The notes under the pieces were generated by a model, which was given only the letters and a program-made list of their open reading frames with translations, was not told the DNA's origin and ran no database searches. Made by a program: the position numbers and the translations under genes. Positions 1-11,837 of a stretch of DNA of 64,000 nt are shown here, piece after piece (positions within the stretch are counted from its first letter, which is position 1; the number at the start of each line of letters is the position of its first letter). This DNA comes from Marsupella aquatica (taxonomy: Eukaryota > Plantae > Marchantiophyta). The DNA lies in contig OZ316896.1 in NCBI GenBank assembly GCA_973895155.1, positions 20,448,754 through 20,512,753 on the forward strand, given 5' to 3'.

Positions 1-3000
1 CTTACCTGAAAAATCTGCGGTGGGAAGTTTGGGAGACTCAATTACGGATGGTGATGAAGTGGAGCTCTCGATTGGAAATCAGATTGTGTGTCAAGGATTT
101 GTATTCAAGACGAATCCCGATGAGACTTGTCACAATGAAAGACTTGGCCCTGATAGGATTAGTGTGAAGATATGTGAAGTTGTTCAAGGAATGGAGAGGT
201 TACCCTTTCCGCACGCTGGAGCCGTTACCATTCAGGAAGGATTGGACAGTTTTGTAATCTGGAATTTAAGGAATGTTCATCGGAGGAGTTCTTCACATGA
301 TTTATTAGATGAGCCGTCCGCACGGGATGTTTTTGGAAATTATAATTTCAAAGATTATAGTTTGCGTTCGAACTGGATGGCGGAGGAAGTGGAATTGTAT
401 GTTGATGATAATCGGACCAAGGTCGGGCTTGGCATCATCATAGTTCCTTTCGAGTCCGGTGCCATTGATGATGAGGTTCTTGGGCCAGATCACGTTGGGG
501 TTGTTGTCACAGGTGTGATTGACCCTCAATGTTTCCTGAATATCTCCCCCGGAGTGCCCGGTCTTGTTAGGTGGGCCATCTGTTCACTTGTGTTGATATC
601 AAGGGGGATTTTTCTTCTGGATCTCATTGGAGAGGTTTCCCCCGAGATAATTATTGATGGTCGAGATCGTCTAGAGGTAGATATGAATGGTCACACTGAG
701 TTTTCAAAACGGCCTTATAATTTCATCAAGAGATCGAAGGGGAACCCTGATGAAAAAAGGAAGAAGCACCTGGAGTTGAGGGCAATTCTGAAAATCACAG
801 AAGAGGAAATTGATTCCATCCAAAGAGAAGGTTGTTGTAAGTTGAAGTGTTGCCTCAACATGCCGAGAGAAGACCTACAGGCAATAAGGAGGGAATACCA
901 TGGGATGTCAAGCGACAACAAAACCAGTCACATTTTCACTCTTTTTGGTTGCAGGGAGAAGGAAGTGGAGACAAAAGGATATTTTGTTGTAAGAGGTCGA
1001 CTTGTATGCAAGGGTGCATTTATTAAAATGCATGGATTCAGCACTGCCAAATATTATGATTACAAAAATCAATACAAAGCAGGTTGCAAGGTTGGATTCC
1101 ATGGAAACAAGGGTTCACACAAGACACGGGGAAGCACCTTGCACGCTCGTGCTTTGTTGGAGTCCATTCTAACCCAAAACGGAGAACCCATGCCGCATCT
1201 ACCCTATGGAGGGTCTCATGGTACTGACACGGTTGAGTATAGACTTCCATCTTGTTTCACGAAGAAAGAAATTTTTGAGGAGGTGTACTCCAAGATGGAA
1301 TTAGATGGCTACGTGAAGGTGAGTGCATTTGCAAAGTGTACACTTTGCACTGATTTCAAAGATCAGTTGATGCGTGAGAAGAGAAAGAAAGAGCGTTTAG
1401 AGATTGAGGAAAGAAGAGCTCGTCATCTTCGTGAGCAAATGTCTAGGAGATATGTTTACTATGCTCACAGGGTTCTTGCGAAGAAGGATCCTGAGAACTA
1501 TCTTTGCATTATACATGACAAGATGGACCAAGCCAAGACATGGATCCCTAGGTTGGTCCCCACTCCTAAATCATTGTCTGGCAGTGGTCAACCTCTCCCC
1601 ATTGCGCTCACTGGGATGTTGACCCACGGAAGGGATCCCAGAGTGTATGCTCACTTCAGTTTCACTGGGCTTTGGCCGGGAGATGCAGACTTCACAGTGA
1701 CATCGTTGGCCAAGTGCCTTAGAGATCTGGAGGATTACAAGGGGGACAAATCTGGAGACCTCCTTGAAGGGTTATATTGGGCTGCAACGAGGCCAATTTT
1801 TCAATCTCTTTTGGACTTTGAAGCATTTCTTGCAGGGTACTTAGAACCCAAAAAAGTCTCAATTGCTAGATTTCAAGGAGCTGAAGATGACCAAGATATT
1901 GGGTTATCAAATGTGGTGGATGACGAGTTTGGTATTGATCCCAAGGCTGCTACCTCTTTCAAACCATTGCCAAGGCACCTGACCTTGCAAATGGATAATT
2001 CAGGGAAAGATAACAAAAACCAGTACGTGATGGCATTTTGCAGTGAGCTTGTTAGTAGAGGGGTCTTTGAAACAGTGCAGATGTCATTTCTCATGGTTGG
2101 TCACACCCATGAGGATGTCGATGCATTGTTTTCAAAAGTATCCAACCAAGTGAAGTACAAGGAGGTTTCTACCCTCTTGGGGTTGATGGCTGAGGTTTGG
2201 GAGTGTGAAAGCATTCATCCTGTTCCACGGTTGATTCAAGAGGTTGCAGCTTACAAAGAGTTTTTGAAAACATTCAAGGTAAAAGACATAGAGGGTCACT
2301 CAAAACCAGTGGCATTTCTTTTCTCTATGAGAGATAATGTTCCAGTATATCAATACAAAGCACATGTGAAACAACCTTGGTACCCTCCAATCGGAAGGTC
2401 CATTTGGAGAACTGATTCCAACACCAATGCTCTCATTTTACCAGAAGGTCAACCGTTTGCAAAACCCATCTCCGGGGATGTACGAGGCAAGGTTGAAGAA
2501 ATCATCCCATTCCTTAATCGTTACATCGAGTTTTTGAAGAAGAGTTGTAAGGATGAGACCTCTACAGCATATCATGAGAGGTTTCCTTTGGTGAAATATT
2601 GGGAAATGGTGGTGCAAGTATTATCTGGGGAACTTACAATTGAAGGGGAGGCCGAAATACAGTTGGCATTGACATATGAGTTTTGGCCAAAAACCAACCA
2701 CGGAACTGGTTACAAGGTGAATAGTACAGGAACCTTTGAACCATTGGGGGAACCTAGTAGTAGTACACAGAATCCAGAAATGGTGGAGCTTCAGAATGAG
2801 TACCTGGAAGAGATGGAGGATCAAACTGCACCATTTGTTGGCACTCGACACGAGCGAGAACTTGCCCGTTGGATTCCTCTCCAGGACATTCAAGAGGGCC
2901 ACTTTGTATTTCTTTGTCCAGAGGATGAATGGGAAAAGAAGAATGGCAAAGAACTTTTCTGGTTGGTGAGAGCTTTGGGTGTTGTGGACCCAAACCATGA

Positions 3001-4051
3001 AGTTCCTTCAGGAGACTTGCAATGCAATAATAGTATTTCTACTAGTATAAGGTATGCTCCTATGTTCCAAGTGCAATGGTGGAGGCCTAAACATGGTAAA
3101 CATGATGCACCGGATCATGTGCGATATTCACGTTGCTTTCAGACCACTAAGACTTGGGAGATGGATCATGGGTTTGACAGTGCCACTGAACGTTGGCAAT
3201 TTGCTAATTCTGCTATGTATGGATTCAAGTCACGCTCTAGAGAAGAAAATATAATTGATAGAGGTTTGACCATTCCCAAGAATGTTTTGAAAACACTCAA
3301 AACCTACATGGAAGGGATTGTTCATTAAGTCAAATTAAAGTTTTCTAGTAGTCAGAGTGAGGGAGTCTAAGTATGTCAATTGGTTTGGAATGTCTTAGTT
3401 TACGTACTAGTTGGTTACTAGTGAATCTAAGTAACTTTTATAATATTTTGGGAGACTAGTTTGAATAGGTGGGCAGGAGGTATTAATTGGACTTGGATAC
3501 CTTTATATTAATTGCTTTAATTATAATTACATAATATATTATCTGACTATATTACAAGAAGTCATATCCGTGATGGGATGTGACTGCCTCTAGTAAACCT
3601 TAGTTTCAACTCGAGTTGCTTACTGTAGAATGTACTAACAAATTAGTTAGTTACTTGAATTAATATGGATAGATACCATTCTGACAAGTTTATAAATTAA
3701 TGCTTTCATTTATTACGTAGAAGGTTTACAATAGCTAGGGTCGAGATCATATTGAAGTTAGCTTTAGTTATATTATATTACTTACTTACTAGTTAGTCAG
3801 ATTGAATCAATTTTCTACTTCTTATCCAACATATTTTACATTATTATCACCCAAATGTTTTTCTTTAGAATCCAAATTAATATTTCATTTTCCCCTATAT
3901 ACAATCTTGATTCCCCAAATGTACATGATCTTGTGCCCAAATATACAACTTTCACTGCCCAAATGTACAATTCTTGTACCCAAAAGTATATATTTTGGTG
4001 CCCAAATGTCCAAAGATCAAATAATTTTCCAGTTTTAATGAATAGACTGAT
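1..4051 (+). mobile_element. Right part of a Sola-like (DUF7869-type) TIR DNA transposon; left end lies outside the window
   Basis: Contains the transposase ORF. Ends in CAGTTTTAATGAATAGACTGAT (4030-4051), a 20/22 match to the right TIR of the complete relative at 44584-44605. The preceding subterminal region (~3840-4030) resembles 44390-44580. Confidence 0.8.
20..3328 (+). CDS. Sola-like DDD transposase (DUF7869-type) with N-terminal Tnp1/EnSpm-like repeat domains; 5'-partial
   Basis: Open frame of at least 1102 aa. Motifs: CC-x2-CC, CxxC (KCTLCTDF), HDKMDQAK, LQMDNSGKDNKN and FLMVGHTHEDVDALFS, typical of Sola-related DDD transposases. Colinear with 40286-44010. Lacks 21 aa present in that paralog. 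Confidence 0.75.
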   Translation: MGSLGDSITDGDEVELSIGNQIVCQGFVFKTNPDETCHNERLGPDRISVKICEVVQGMERLPFPHAGAVTIQEGLDSFVIWNLRNVHRRSSSHDLLDEPSARDVFGNYNFKDYSLRSNWMAEEVELYVDDNRTKVGLGIIIVPFESGAIDDEVLGPDHVGVVVTGVIDPQCFLNISPGVPGLVRWAICSLVLISRGIFLLDLIGEVSPEIIIDGRDRLEVDMNGHTEFSKRPYNFIKRSKGNPDEKRKKHLELRAILKITEEEIDSIQREGCCKLKCCLNMPREDLQAIRREYHGMSSDNKTSHIFTLFGCREKEVETKGYFVVRGRLVCKGAFIKMHGFSTAKYYDYKNQYKAGCKVGFHGNKGSHKTRGSTLHARALLESILTQNGEPMPHLPYGGSHGTDTVEYRLPSCFTKKEIFEEVYSKMELDGYVKVSAFAKCTLCTDFKDQLMREKRKKERLEIEERRARHLREQMSRRYVYYAHRVLAKKDPENYLCIIHDKMDQAKTWIPRLVPTPKSLSGSGQPLPIALTGMLTHGRDPRVYAHFSFTGLWPGDADFTVTSLAKCLRDLEDYKGDKSGDLLEGLYWAATRPIFQSLLDFEAFLAGYLEPKKVSIARFQGAEDDQDIGLSNVVDDEFGIDPKAATSFKPLPRHLTLQMDNSGKDNKNQYVMAFCSELVSRGVFETVQMSFLMVGHTHEDVDALFSKVSNQVKYKEVSTLLGLMAEVWECESIHPVPRLIQEVAAYKEFLKTFKVKDIEGHSKPVAFLFSMRDNVPVYQYKAHVKQPWYPPIGRSIWRTDSNTNALILPEGQPFAKPISGDVRGKVEEIIPFLNRYIEFLKKSCKDETSTAYHERFPLVKYWEMVVQVLSGELTIEGEAEIQLALTYEFWPKTNHGTGYKVNSTGTFEPLGEPSSSTQNPEMVELQNEYLEEMEDQTAPFVGTRHERELARWIPLQDIQEGHFVFLCPEDEWEKKNGKELFWLVRALGVVDPNHEVPSGDLQCNNSISTSIRYAPMFQVQWWRPKHGKHDAPDHVRYSRCFQTTKTWEMDHGFDSATERWQFANSAMYGFKSRSREENIIDRGLTIPKNVLKTLKTYMEGIVH

Positions 4052-4889
4052 ATTTGTCGTATGTTTGTAAAGCAGGTTGATTGATGCCATTATTTTGCAC
4101 TCCTTGTCACAGATGGGCCAGCAGAGGTTGATGACGAACCATCTCCACCTGCTGAGAGTGAGAATGTTGTGCCACCACCTCCCGTGATTGATCCCGAAGA
4201 GGAAACTCCTGTGTAGCAGCAGCAGACTCCCTCGGTTGGCACAGAGGAATGTGCCCCGCCTCCCCAACAAAATGCTGGCCAGAATTTTCGTGGGAATGGA
4301 TTGGGGGCCACAAAATTGGCAATCCACACTATAGACGGCGGATAAGAGATAGTCTGATCACTCGGCCTAAACTCCTCCACATCTGAGAGACAGGTCCACT
4401 TAGCCATAATTTTCTTCCTGTCAAAAAAATGGCAGACATCAATTGGGAACCCATAGGAAACCCAGACCTGGAAGAGGCAACCTAGGAAGCACGAAGAACG
4501 TGTCCATTGCCTTGGACTGTCACAGTCTAACCAAAAATGGCCAAAATAGCAGGTTGAGAAATGGAGCTGCACCTTTTTGCACCTTACAATGACCAGCTTC
4601 AAAATCTGGAAAGTGCCCTATTCTGTAGGAACCGCACGCAAAATACTCCTCAAGCAAATGTAAGTCCTGAAATCAATTCACATCAATTTCCCACCGGGAA
4701 CTGCATTGAGCCCTAAATCAGTCTATCACGTATGTAAAGCAGGCATTTCGATTCAACTGCTTTCAATCAGTCTTGCTATTCACAACAACATCAACCAATC
4801 AAACCTGAAATCACTACAGAACAAAAGGCCTCATCAACTAAGCTCTTGCACAAAGCTCAAGCTCACTCGTTGAAGTTCAAAATGGCATG

Positions 4890-5075
4890 CCTCGCGGTGC
4901 TCCCATCGACCTGCTTCGCCTTGGCGCCTTGCAGTGTTCTCATTGACCTGCTTGTGAGGATCCGCTTCTATGCCTCACAGTGTTCTCGTTGACCTGCTTC
5001 GCCTCGGCGCCTCGTTCTCATTCACCTGCTTCGCCTCGATGCCTCGCGAAGTTCTCATCAAACTGCTTTGCGAGG
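4890..5075. repeat. Short imperfect tandem repeat (~35-40 bp unit, ~5 copies)
   Basis: Recurring GACCTGCTTCGCCTCGGCGCCTCG...GTTCTCATT. Confidence 0.6.
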
Positions 5076-5267
5076 TTTAGACTAAGGTTTCAGACGGGCA
5101 GGGGTAGTGAGTAACGGTCAAAAAATAAGCAACGGCCGTCAGCAAAAGTCCGCGACGATGGCCTGTCGACCAGCCTGCCAGTCGCCCGTCATTTTTTTGT
5201 CCGGGGCCGTTCCGAAGCAAACCCGGGCAACAGCATTTGGTCGCGACTTCAATATTGAGTCCCCCTA

Positions 5268-6432
5268 ATAATGTTCCGGTAAAGTATAAGTGGCACCGTG
5301 GATACAACACAACAGCCCAAGGCACAATATAGTCTTTCTACAGACTTCAGGCAGCAAGCTTCGATGTGCATAAACAGTCCATACCTGGACTTTGCTCAAG
5401 CCGGCAGTGATCGATTCTATGGGTAGTCCAAGTCAAGAATAATAACGTTCAGTTAAAGTAACTACGGCAGTATTAGTGGCACTGTGGACGTAGCACAAAG
5501 CCCGAGGCACAATTACCTCTTTCTGCAGACTTTGTGCAGCAAGCTTCAATGTGCATCAACGGTCTATACCTGGAATTTGCTCAAGCCGGCAGTGATCGAT
5601 TCTATGGGTAGTCCAAGTCAAGAATAATAATGTTCAGGTAAAGTAACTACAGTATTAGTGGCACTGTGGACGCAGCACAAAGCACGAGGCACAATTACCT
5701 CTTTCTACAGCTTACCGCTTTGTGCAGCAAGCGTCAATGTGCATCAACGGCCCATACCTGGATTTTGCTGAGCGCGGCAGTGATCGATTCTATGGATAGT
5801 CCAAGTCAAGAAATAATCATGTCCCGGTGAAGTATAAGTGGTACTGTGGATACAACACAAAGCCCGAGGCGCACAATTGCGTGTTTCTACAGACTTTAGG
5901 CAGCACGCTTTCTATGTAAGCATATATAAACGGCCCATAGCTGGATTTTGCTGAACGCGGCAATGATGGATTTCGAGAGTGGTTCATGTCAATAATGTTC
6001 CAGTAAAGTATAAGTGGCACTGTGGATACACGCACAAAAGCCCGAGGCACGATATCGTCTTTCTATAGATTTCATGCAGGCACCTTCTTTCTAGCTGCAT
6101 AAACGGCACATACCTGGATTTTGCTGAAGTCGGCAGTGATCGATTCTATGGGTAATCCAAGGATTCTATGGGTAATCCAAGTCAAGAAATAACATTGTTC
6201 AGGTAGATTAAACTTGAAGTGGCATATAGATACAACGCAAAGCCCGAGGCACAATTACCTCTTTCTACAGACTTATGCAGCAAGCTTCAATGTGCATAAC
6301 CGGCCCATAGCTGGATTTTGCTGAACGCGGCAGTGATCGATTGTAAGGGGCAGTCCAAGTCGAAATGATAATATTCACGTAAAGTAAATACAAGCGGCAC
6401 TGTGGATATTAACACAAAGCCTGAAGCACAAT
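5268..6432. repeat. Diverged ~175-195 bp tandem repeat, ~6.3 copies
   Basis: Recurring AATAATGTTC..GTAAAGTA..AGTGGCACTGTGGA..CAAAGCCCGAGGCACAAT..TTTCTACAG..ATACCTGGA..GGCAGTGATCGATTCTATGGGTAGTCCAAGTCAAG. Units start near 5268, 5440, 5624, 5813, 5991, 6188 and 6367. Confidence 0.9.
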
Positions 6433-6960
6433 ATGGTGTCTAGAGAGTTTATGTGTGTCAGGTTACTTTATCAGTTTGCAGCCCAATGGAGTTTTACTTG
6501 ACTCTCTGATCATTTGGGTTTGTTCCCCTTTCACTTCCCCTATTGGATTTCTTATCTTTCGTATCCTATCTCTCAGTTTGACTTTGACGGTTTTTGTTTT
6601 TTGGCAGTATATATGATCTCTCAAGGGTTCCACATCTGATTTTGCCATAGCAGGACGGTGTCCAGTTTACATGTCAGTGCAGCTTTGTATACTCTTATGA
6701 CAAGTAGTCCGGACTTATTATTAGGTTTGCAATTGCCCTGGAGAAAAACTTAATATTTTTCCTTTCAAATTTTATTGGAATTCAAATTTTTTTTTGATAT
6801 TTTCACTTTTGAACTTTTTAAAGCTGTAGCCACCTATAAATCAGTGTTTTTACATCAGAATACTTAGAATATTGATTTCCTGAAATAAGTATTGTAAAAT
6901 TTCACAAACACTACCTAAATTTTGGTTTGCGAACTTAAATTCTCAATAATTATATGTTGA

Positions 6961-8211
6961 CTAGCCCCATGACTCTGCGTTGCAAAAAAGATGTCAAGGT
7001 GAAGAAAGATCTTGAAGTGAAAAAAGGTCACTTCAAGGTGAGGAAAAGAAGTCGAGGTGAATAAAGATGTTAAGGCAAGGAAAAGATGTTAAGAAGAGGA
7101 AAAGATTCGTGATGAGATAAAGATGTCAAGGTGAGAAAAATGTCAAGATGAGATAAAAAAAAGTAGAGGTGAGAAAAGATGTCGCGGAGAGAAAAGATGG
7201 CAAGGTGAGAAAAAGATGTTTAAGGTGAGGAAAATATGTCGAGAGAGAAAAAGATGTTGTGATGAGATAAAAATGTCAAGGTGAGATAAAGATGTCAAGG
7301 TGAGATAAAGATGTCGAGATGAGATAAAAGATGGCAAGGTGAGAAAAAGATGGCAACATGAGAAAAAGATAAAATGTTGAGGTGAGAAAAATGTCAAGGA
7401 GACAAAATGATGTTGAGGAGTGCAAAAGAAGTAGAGGGGAGAAAAGATATGGAGGGGAGAAAAGATGTTGAGATGATTAAAAGATGTCAAGGCAAGAAAA
7501 CGATGTTGAGGTTAGGAAAAGATGTCGACAAAGGAGAAAAGATGTCAAAAAGATATTGTTACAAAAGTGATAAGGGAGATAGGTGAGGACAACAGAAGCA
7601 GACACATTTACACAACCCTAGGTGGAGGGTGACAACCCCCCTCCTCCTCATTGCCTCCTCTCCCCCCTTTCTCTTGCGCTGCCTCTCCCTTCTCCCCCTC
7701 CCCCCCCCCCCCCCAAACCAAAAAAAAAAACCTATGAAAGGCAGAGGTATCCCTTTTCTCCCCTTTTTTTCCCTCTTATTGCCTTATTATTATTTTTATT
7801 TATTTTTGCTCCACTTTGTCTTGTCCCCTATCTTATCTTGTACTGATGGGAAGGTATGATACTATTCATCCCTTCACCCATGGGTGTATCATTAATTCCC
7901 CTCCCTACTTTTGACCTTTATGTCTCCTAGTCCCTATCACTTCATAATGGTGTCACAACTGCCCCCATTCCAATTGCAACACATGGCATTCACATAAAGT
8001 TGTATGCCATCCTGCCCCCTTCTTAGAGAATCTTTGTGTAGACCAAAATACTTTGTCTTGTTTGTTTAGGTTAGAGATATTGTTTTTGACAAATGAAAGG
8101 CTAGGATAAAAGGGCTTGTAAATCCAAGGGTCATGGAATCTTCCCTCCAAAAGTAAATTTTGGAAACAGACTACATCCACTTTTGGCGGGATAGGATATT
8201 ATAGTAGTAAA
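6961..8211 (-). mobile_element. Non-autonomous Helitron filled with GA-rich minisatellite
   Basis: 3' CTAG at 6961-6964 with a degenerate GCGTTGCA hairpin. 5' end reads TTTACTACTATAAT (TC mutated to TT). Homologous to 8645-10601 along its length. Contains a ~19-20 bp GATGTCAAGGTGAGAAAAA array at 6990-7550. Confidence 0.7.
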
Positions 8212-8252
8212 ATTGAGGAAGCCTGACAGTCTCCACAAGCGTTGCCTTGCAG

Positions 8253-8394
8253 TGGACCAGGGTTTGCACTTCTGTTGGTGCACTTAGGCAAGCTCAAGGC
8301 CAGGCAGGAGGCCAGGTCAATAATGGACCAGGGTTTGCACTTCTGTTGGTGCACTTAGGCAAGCTCAAGGCCAGGCAGGAGGCCAGGTCAATAA
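8253..8394. repeat. Perfect 71-bp direct tandem duplication
   Basis: TGGACCAGGGTTTGCACTTCTG...GGCCAGGTCAATAA at 8253 and 8324. Confidence 0.9.
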
Positions 8395-8644
8395 GGGTCA
8401 GCTCCCGGGTCAGCTGAATTGTCAAGAAGGGTCAGCTGCCTTACCTCCTTGACAATTTTCCTTTACGTGGCCAATTAGCATACCATTGGCTTTTTCTCCT
8501 GAGCATTTGGCCTTAAATAAAGGTTTTCAAGTTGGAATTTAATTTCCTTTGGATTTCACAACAATACCTGCCGCATATTCAACCATTTTAATGATCGAGG
8601 TCAAATTCTGGAGCTTGGCGCCAACCTTGTTCAATTATTTATTA

Positions 8645-10601
8645 CTAGCCCGATTCCCGTGTGTTGCACGAAAGATGTCAAGGTGATAAAAGAAGTTGAG
8701 GAGAGAAAAAGATGTTGAGAAGAGAAAAGATATCGAGGAGAGAACAGATGTAGAGCTAGGTGAGAAACATATGTCCAGGAGAGAAAAGATTTTGAGAGAA
8801 ATAGATGTTGAGATGAAAAAAATTGAGGAGAGAAACTATGTCGAGGTGAACAATAGATGTCAAAGGAGAACGAAAGATGTTGAGGAGAGACATGTGTGCG
8901 AAGGAGAGAAAAAGATGTTGAGAGCAAGAAAGCAATGTCCCAAAGAATTGGATCCCGCCCTCTTTCATTTTTGTGAGCAGGCGAAACCCAATAATGGCGG
9001 GATAGCATATTACAGAGCTAGATGGGAAGTACCTCACCATCACTCATGTAAACTAAATTTCAAGGCAACTCATACTGCTGTAGTGTTGTAGCCCAATGCT
9101 TGTGCGTTGCACAAAAGATTCCAAGGCGAGAAAAGATGGCAAGGCAAGGAAAAGATGGCAAGGCGAGGAAAAGAAGTTGAGGTGAGAAGAAGATAATTAT
9201 CAAGGAGAGAAAAGATGGCGAGGTGAGAACCCGGGTGAGAAAAAGATGCAAAGATGAGGAAACTATGTCAAGGAGAGAATAGATGTCGAGGGTGAGGAAA
9301 ATATGTCTTTGTGACATAAAGATTCCAAGGTGAGAAAAGATGGCAAGGTGAGCAAAAGAAGTCGAGGTGAGAAAAAGATATCGAGGAGAGAAAAGATGGC
9401 AAGGTGAGAAAAAGATGCAAAAATGAGGAAAATATGTCAAGGAGAGAATAGATGTCGAGAGTGAGGAAAATATGTCTTTGTGAGATAAAGATTCCAAGGT
9501 GAGAAAATATCATGGCGAGGTGAGGAAAGAAGTCGAGGTGAGAAAAAGTATTGAGGAGAGAAAAGATGGCAAGGTGAGAACCCGAGTAAGAAAAAGATGC
9601 AAAGATGAGGAAAATATGTCTTGGTGAGATAAAGATTTCAAGTGAGAAAAGGATGGCGAGATGAGAAAAAGATAAGATGTCAAGGTGAGAAAAGATCTTG
9701 AGGAGAGAAAAAGATGATGAAAAGGGAAAAGTTGTCAAGGGTGGGAAGAAAATGTTGTGGTGAAATGAAGATGTCAATGTGAAAAAAAGATGTCAATGCA
9801 AGGTAAAGACATTAAGGTGAGAAAAATATGTCAAGGCAAGAAAAGATGTCAAGGTGAGGCAAAAACATAATTATAAGCTTTGCGATGCAGTTGTTGAGAC
9901 ATTTGTCCATGTCCATGTAAAAAGATGTTGTTGCAAAAGTAATAGAGGAGAGCGTGAGCTAAATAGATGATGGTAACTGAGGCACATGCATTTGCACAAT
10001 GCTAGGTCGAAGGTGACATCCCCACTCCGCCTCATGGCCTCCTCGCCCTATTTCTCTTGGGCTGCCGCTGCCCCCCCCCCCCCCTTCCTCCTCTTCCACA
10101 ACCCAATAAAAAGCAAGAGTGTCCCTTTTTCTCTCTTATTGCTTACTTATTTTCTTTATTTTCATCTCCACTTGCTCCACTTTGTCTCATCCCCTCCACC
10201 TACGTACTTATGGGATGGTAACACATTATATATTCAGCCCCTCACCCATGGGTGCATCGTTAATTTCCCCTCCCTACTTTGAACTCTATGGTTCTAGTTT
10301 TGTCCCCTCATAATGGTGTCCCAAGTGCCCCTATCCAAATGACAACACATGGCACCCAAGTGCCCACATCCCAATGACAATACATGGCACTCACATAGAG
10401 CTTATGTCATATCTCCCTCCTACAGAATCTTTGTGGTATATCTTTGTGTCTCCTTTGGATTAGAGAGATTGCTTTTTGAATAATGAAAGGCCAGGATAAA
10501 AGAGAGTATAAATCCAATGGTTAGAGAATGTTCCCTCCAAAAGTGAGTTTGTAAACGGATGATACACCACTTTTGGCGGGATAGGGTATTATAGTAGTAG
10601 A
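8645..10601 (-). mobile_element. Non-autonomous Helitron filled with GA-rich minisatellite
   Basis: Minus strand begins TCTACTACTATAAT (10601) and ends CGTGCAACACACGGG-AATCGGG-CTAG (hairpin plus CTAG at 8645). Inserted in an AT dinucleotide. The empty site TTATTGTG is seen in the paralogous segment at ~55990. Confidence 0.85.
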
Positions 10602-11837
10602 TTGTGTCTGGTGAGCATTGTACATTTGCAGGATTTTATGCCAAGATGGACCTCCCTGTTTGCCAAATTAAAGACTCTGATAGATATTTGACCAAAGCAT
10701 GCATGGTTGTGTGGTAGCTCACTTTGAGTAGGGACTCATGGGTCTTTAGTTCAAAGGTTGTTTGCCTCCCTTTCTGTGAGGTTTCATGGATTTCCCTTTA
10801 AAAAAACATAAGAAAAATAATTCCCAAATGTTTGCTGACATAGTACAGATTTCATAGATAAGTGAAATGTGGCAAGAAAATGATAGTCATGTTTGAAAAT
10901 TTGTCGGTCTTTCAACTCTCATAGGAATTTGACAATATGATGAGATAATCTAGATCATATATGTTCTCATTGACTATTTACCTATATTTCAATTAAGTGT
11001 GCACCTGAAAGTGAATTGAAAACATTCATGCATATGGAATAGACTGAAGGTTAAAATCTGAAGCGCTCTGAAAGCCCTTTGAAAAATAAGATTTTTCAAC
11101 AATAGTCCTATATAGAATAAATTCCAAGGTAGCTTTGCAGCAACAAAATAAGTCAAAACCCTCCTTAACACAAGAGCAACGCTCTAAGAAAAATAGGATT
11201 CTGTGAAAATGTTTTACAAATTAGAATGTCCTTTAGCTTAATATTACACTTCGGTAACAAGAGCATTACTCTATCAAGATTTTCCCCTAGTTTCTTTGGT
11301 GTGAACTGTTCCATTGGTTCATGGGTCATTGTGTTATTTGTTGCCCTTTTCTTTGGGGTTTTTGCAGTCCATTCTAAATAATATTCTTGACGGAAATTGA
11401 ATTCATTTTGTTTTTTGTCTGTAATTCAATAAACTACTTTAGGCGCTATGAGTAATTAAAATGTGAAATGCATAGTCCAGAGATAGTTTCATTGACCATA
11501 AAGGCCAGATAAGGTGCTCAAACACTTGAATGTACCTTAGTGTCTTTTGTTTTTTAATTGAACTCTAAAACCAGATAAGGTGCTCAAATACTTGAATGTA
11601 CCTTAGAGTCTTTTGTTTTTAGGAGGGAAAAGGATATTAATAGAATAAAACCCCCAATAAAGCAAAGCTTGCAATTGTTATAACCAATGGTTTAGGTTAA
11701 CATCTAGAGTTTAGGGAAGAGGTAGTTACCATAACTACCCACCATATGTATATACCTCTTGGACCTCTAATGGACATGATCATTCTTGCTGGTGTATTGG
11801 TGTGGCGTTCCATCACAAGGTTACTTACCTTGTAACA

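Noticed and set aside
4090-4602. 170-aa minus-strand ORF and a degenerate plus-strand Pro/Glu-rich frame
   Set aside because: No recognisable motifs. The plus frame has several stops. Possibly a decayed exon, but I cannot assign it.
5268-6432. CRISPR-like or tRNA/5S array
   Set aside because: Whole units are homologous with no unique spacers, the context is eukaryotic, and I see no tRNA cloverleaf or 5S similarity.
7143-10313. Many Phe/Ser/His/Leu-rich and Lys/Glu-rich ORFs
   Set aside because: These are translations of the GA-rich minisatellite and pyrimidine tracts inside Helitrons.
11505-11620. ~50-bp direct repeat as part of the LTR
   Set aside because: It lies outside the GCAAT TSD, so it is a local host duplication.
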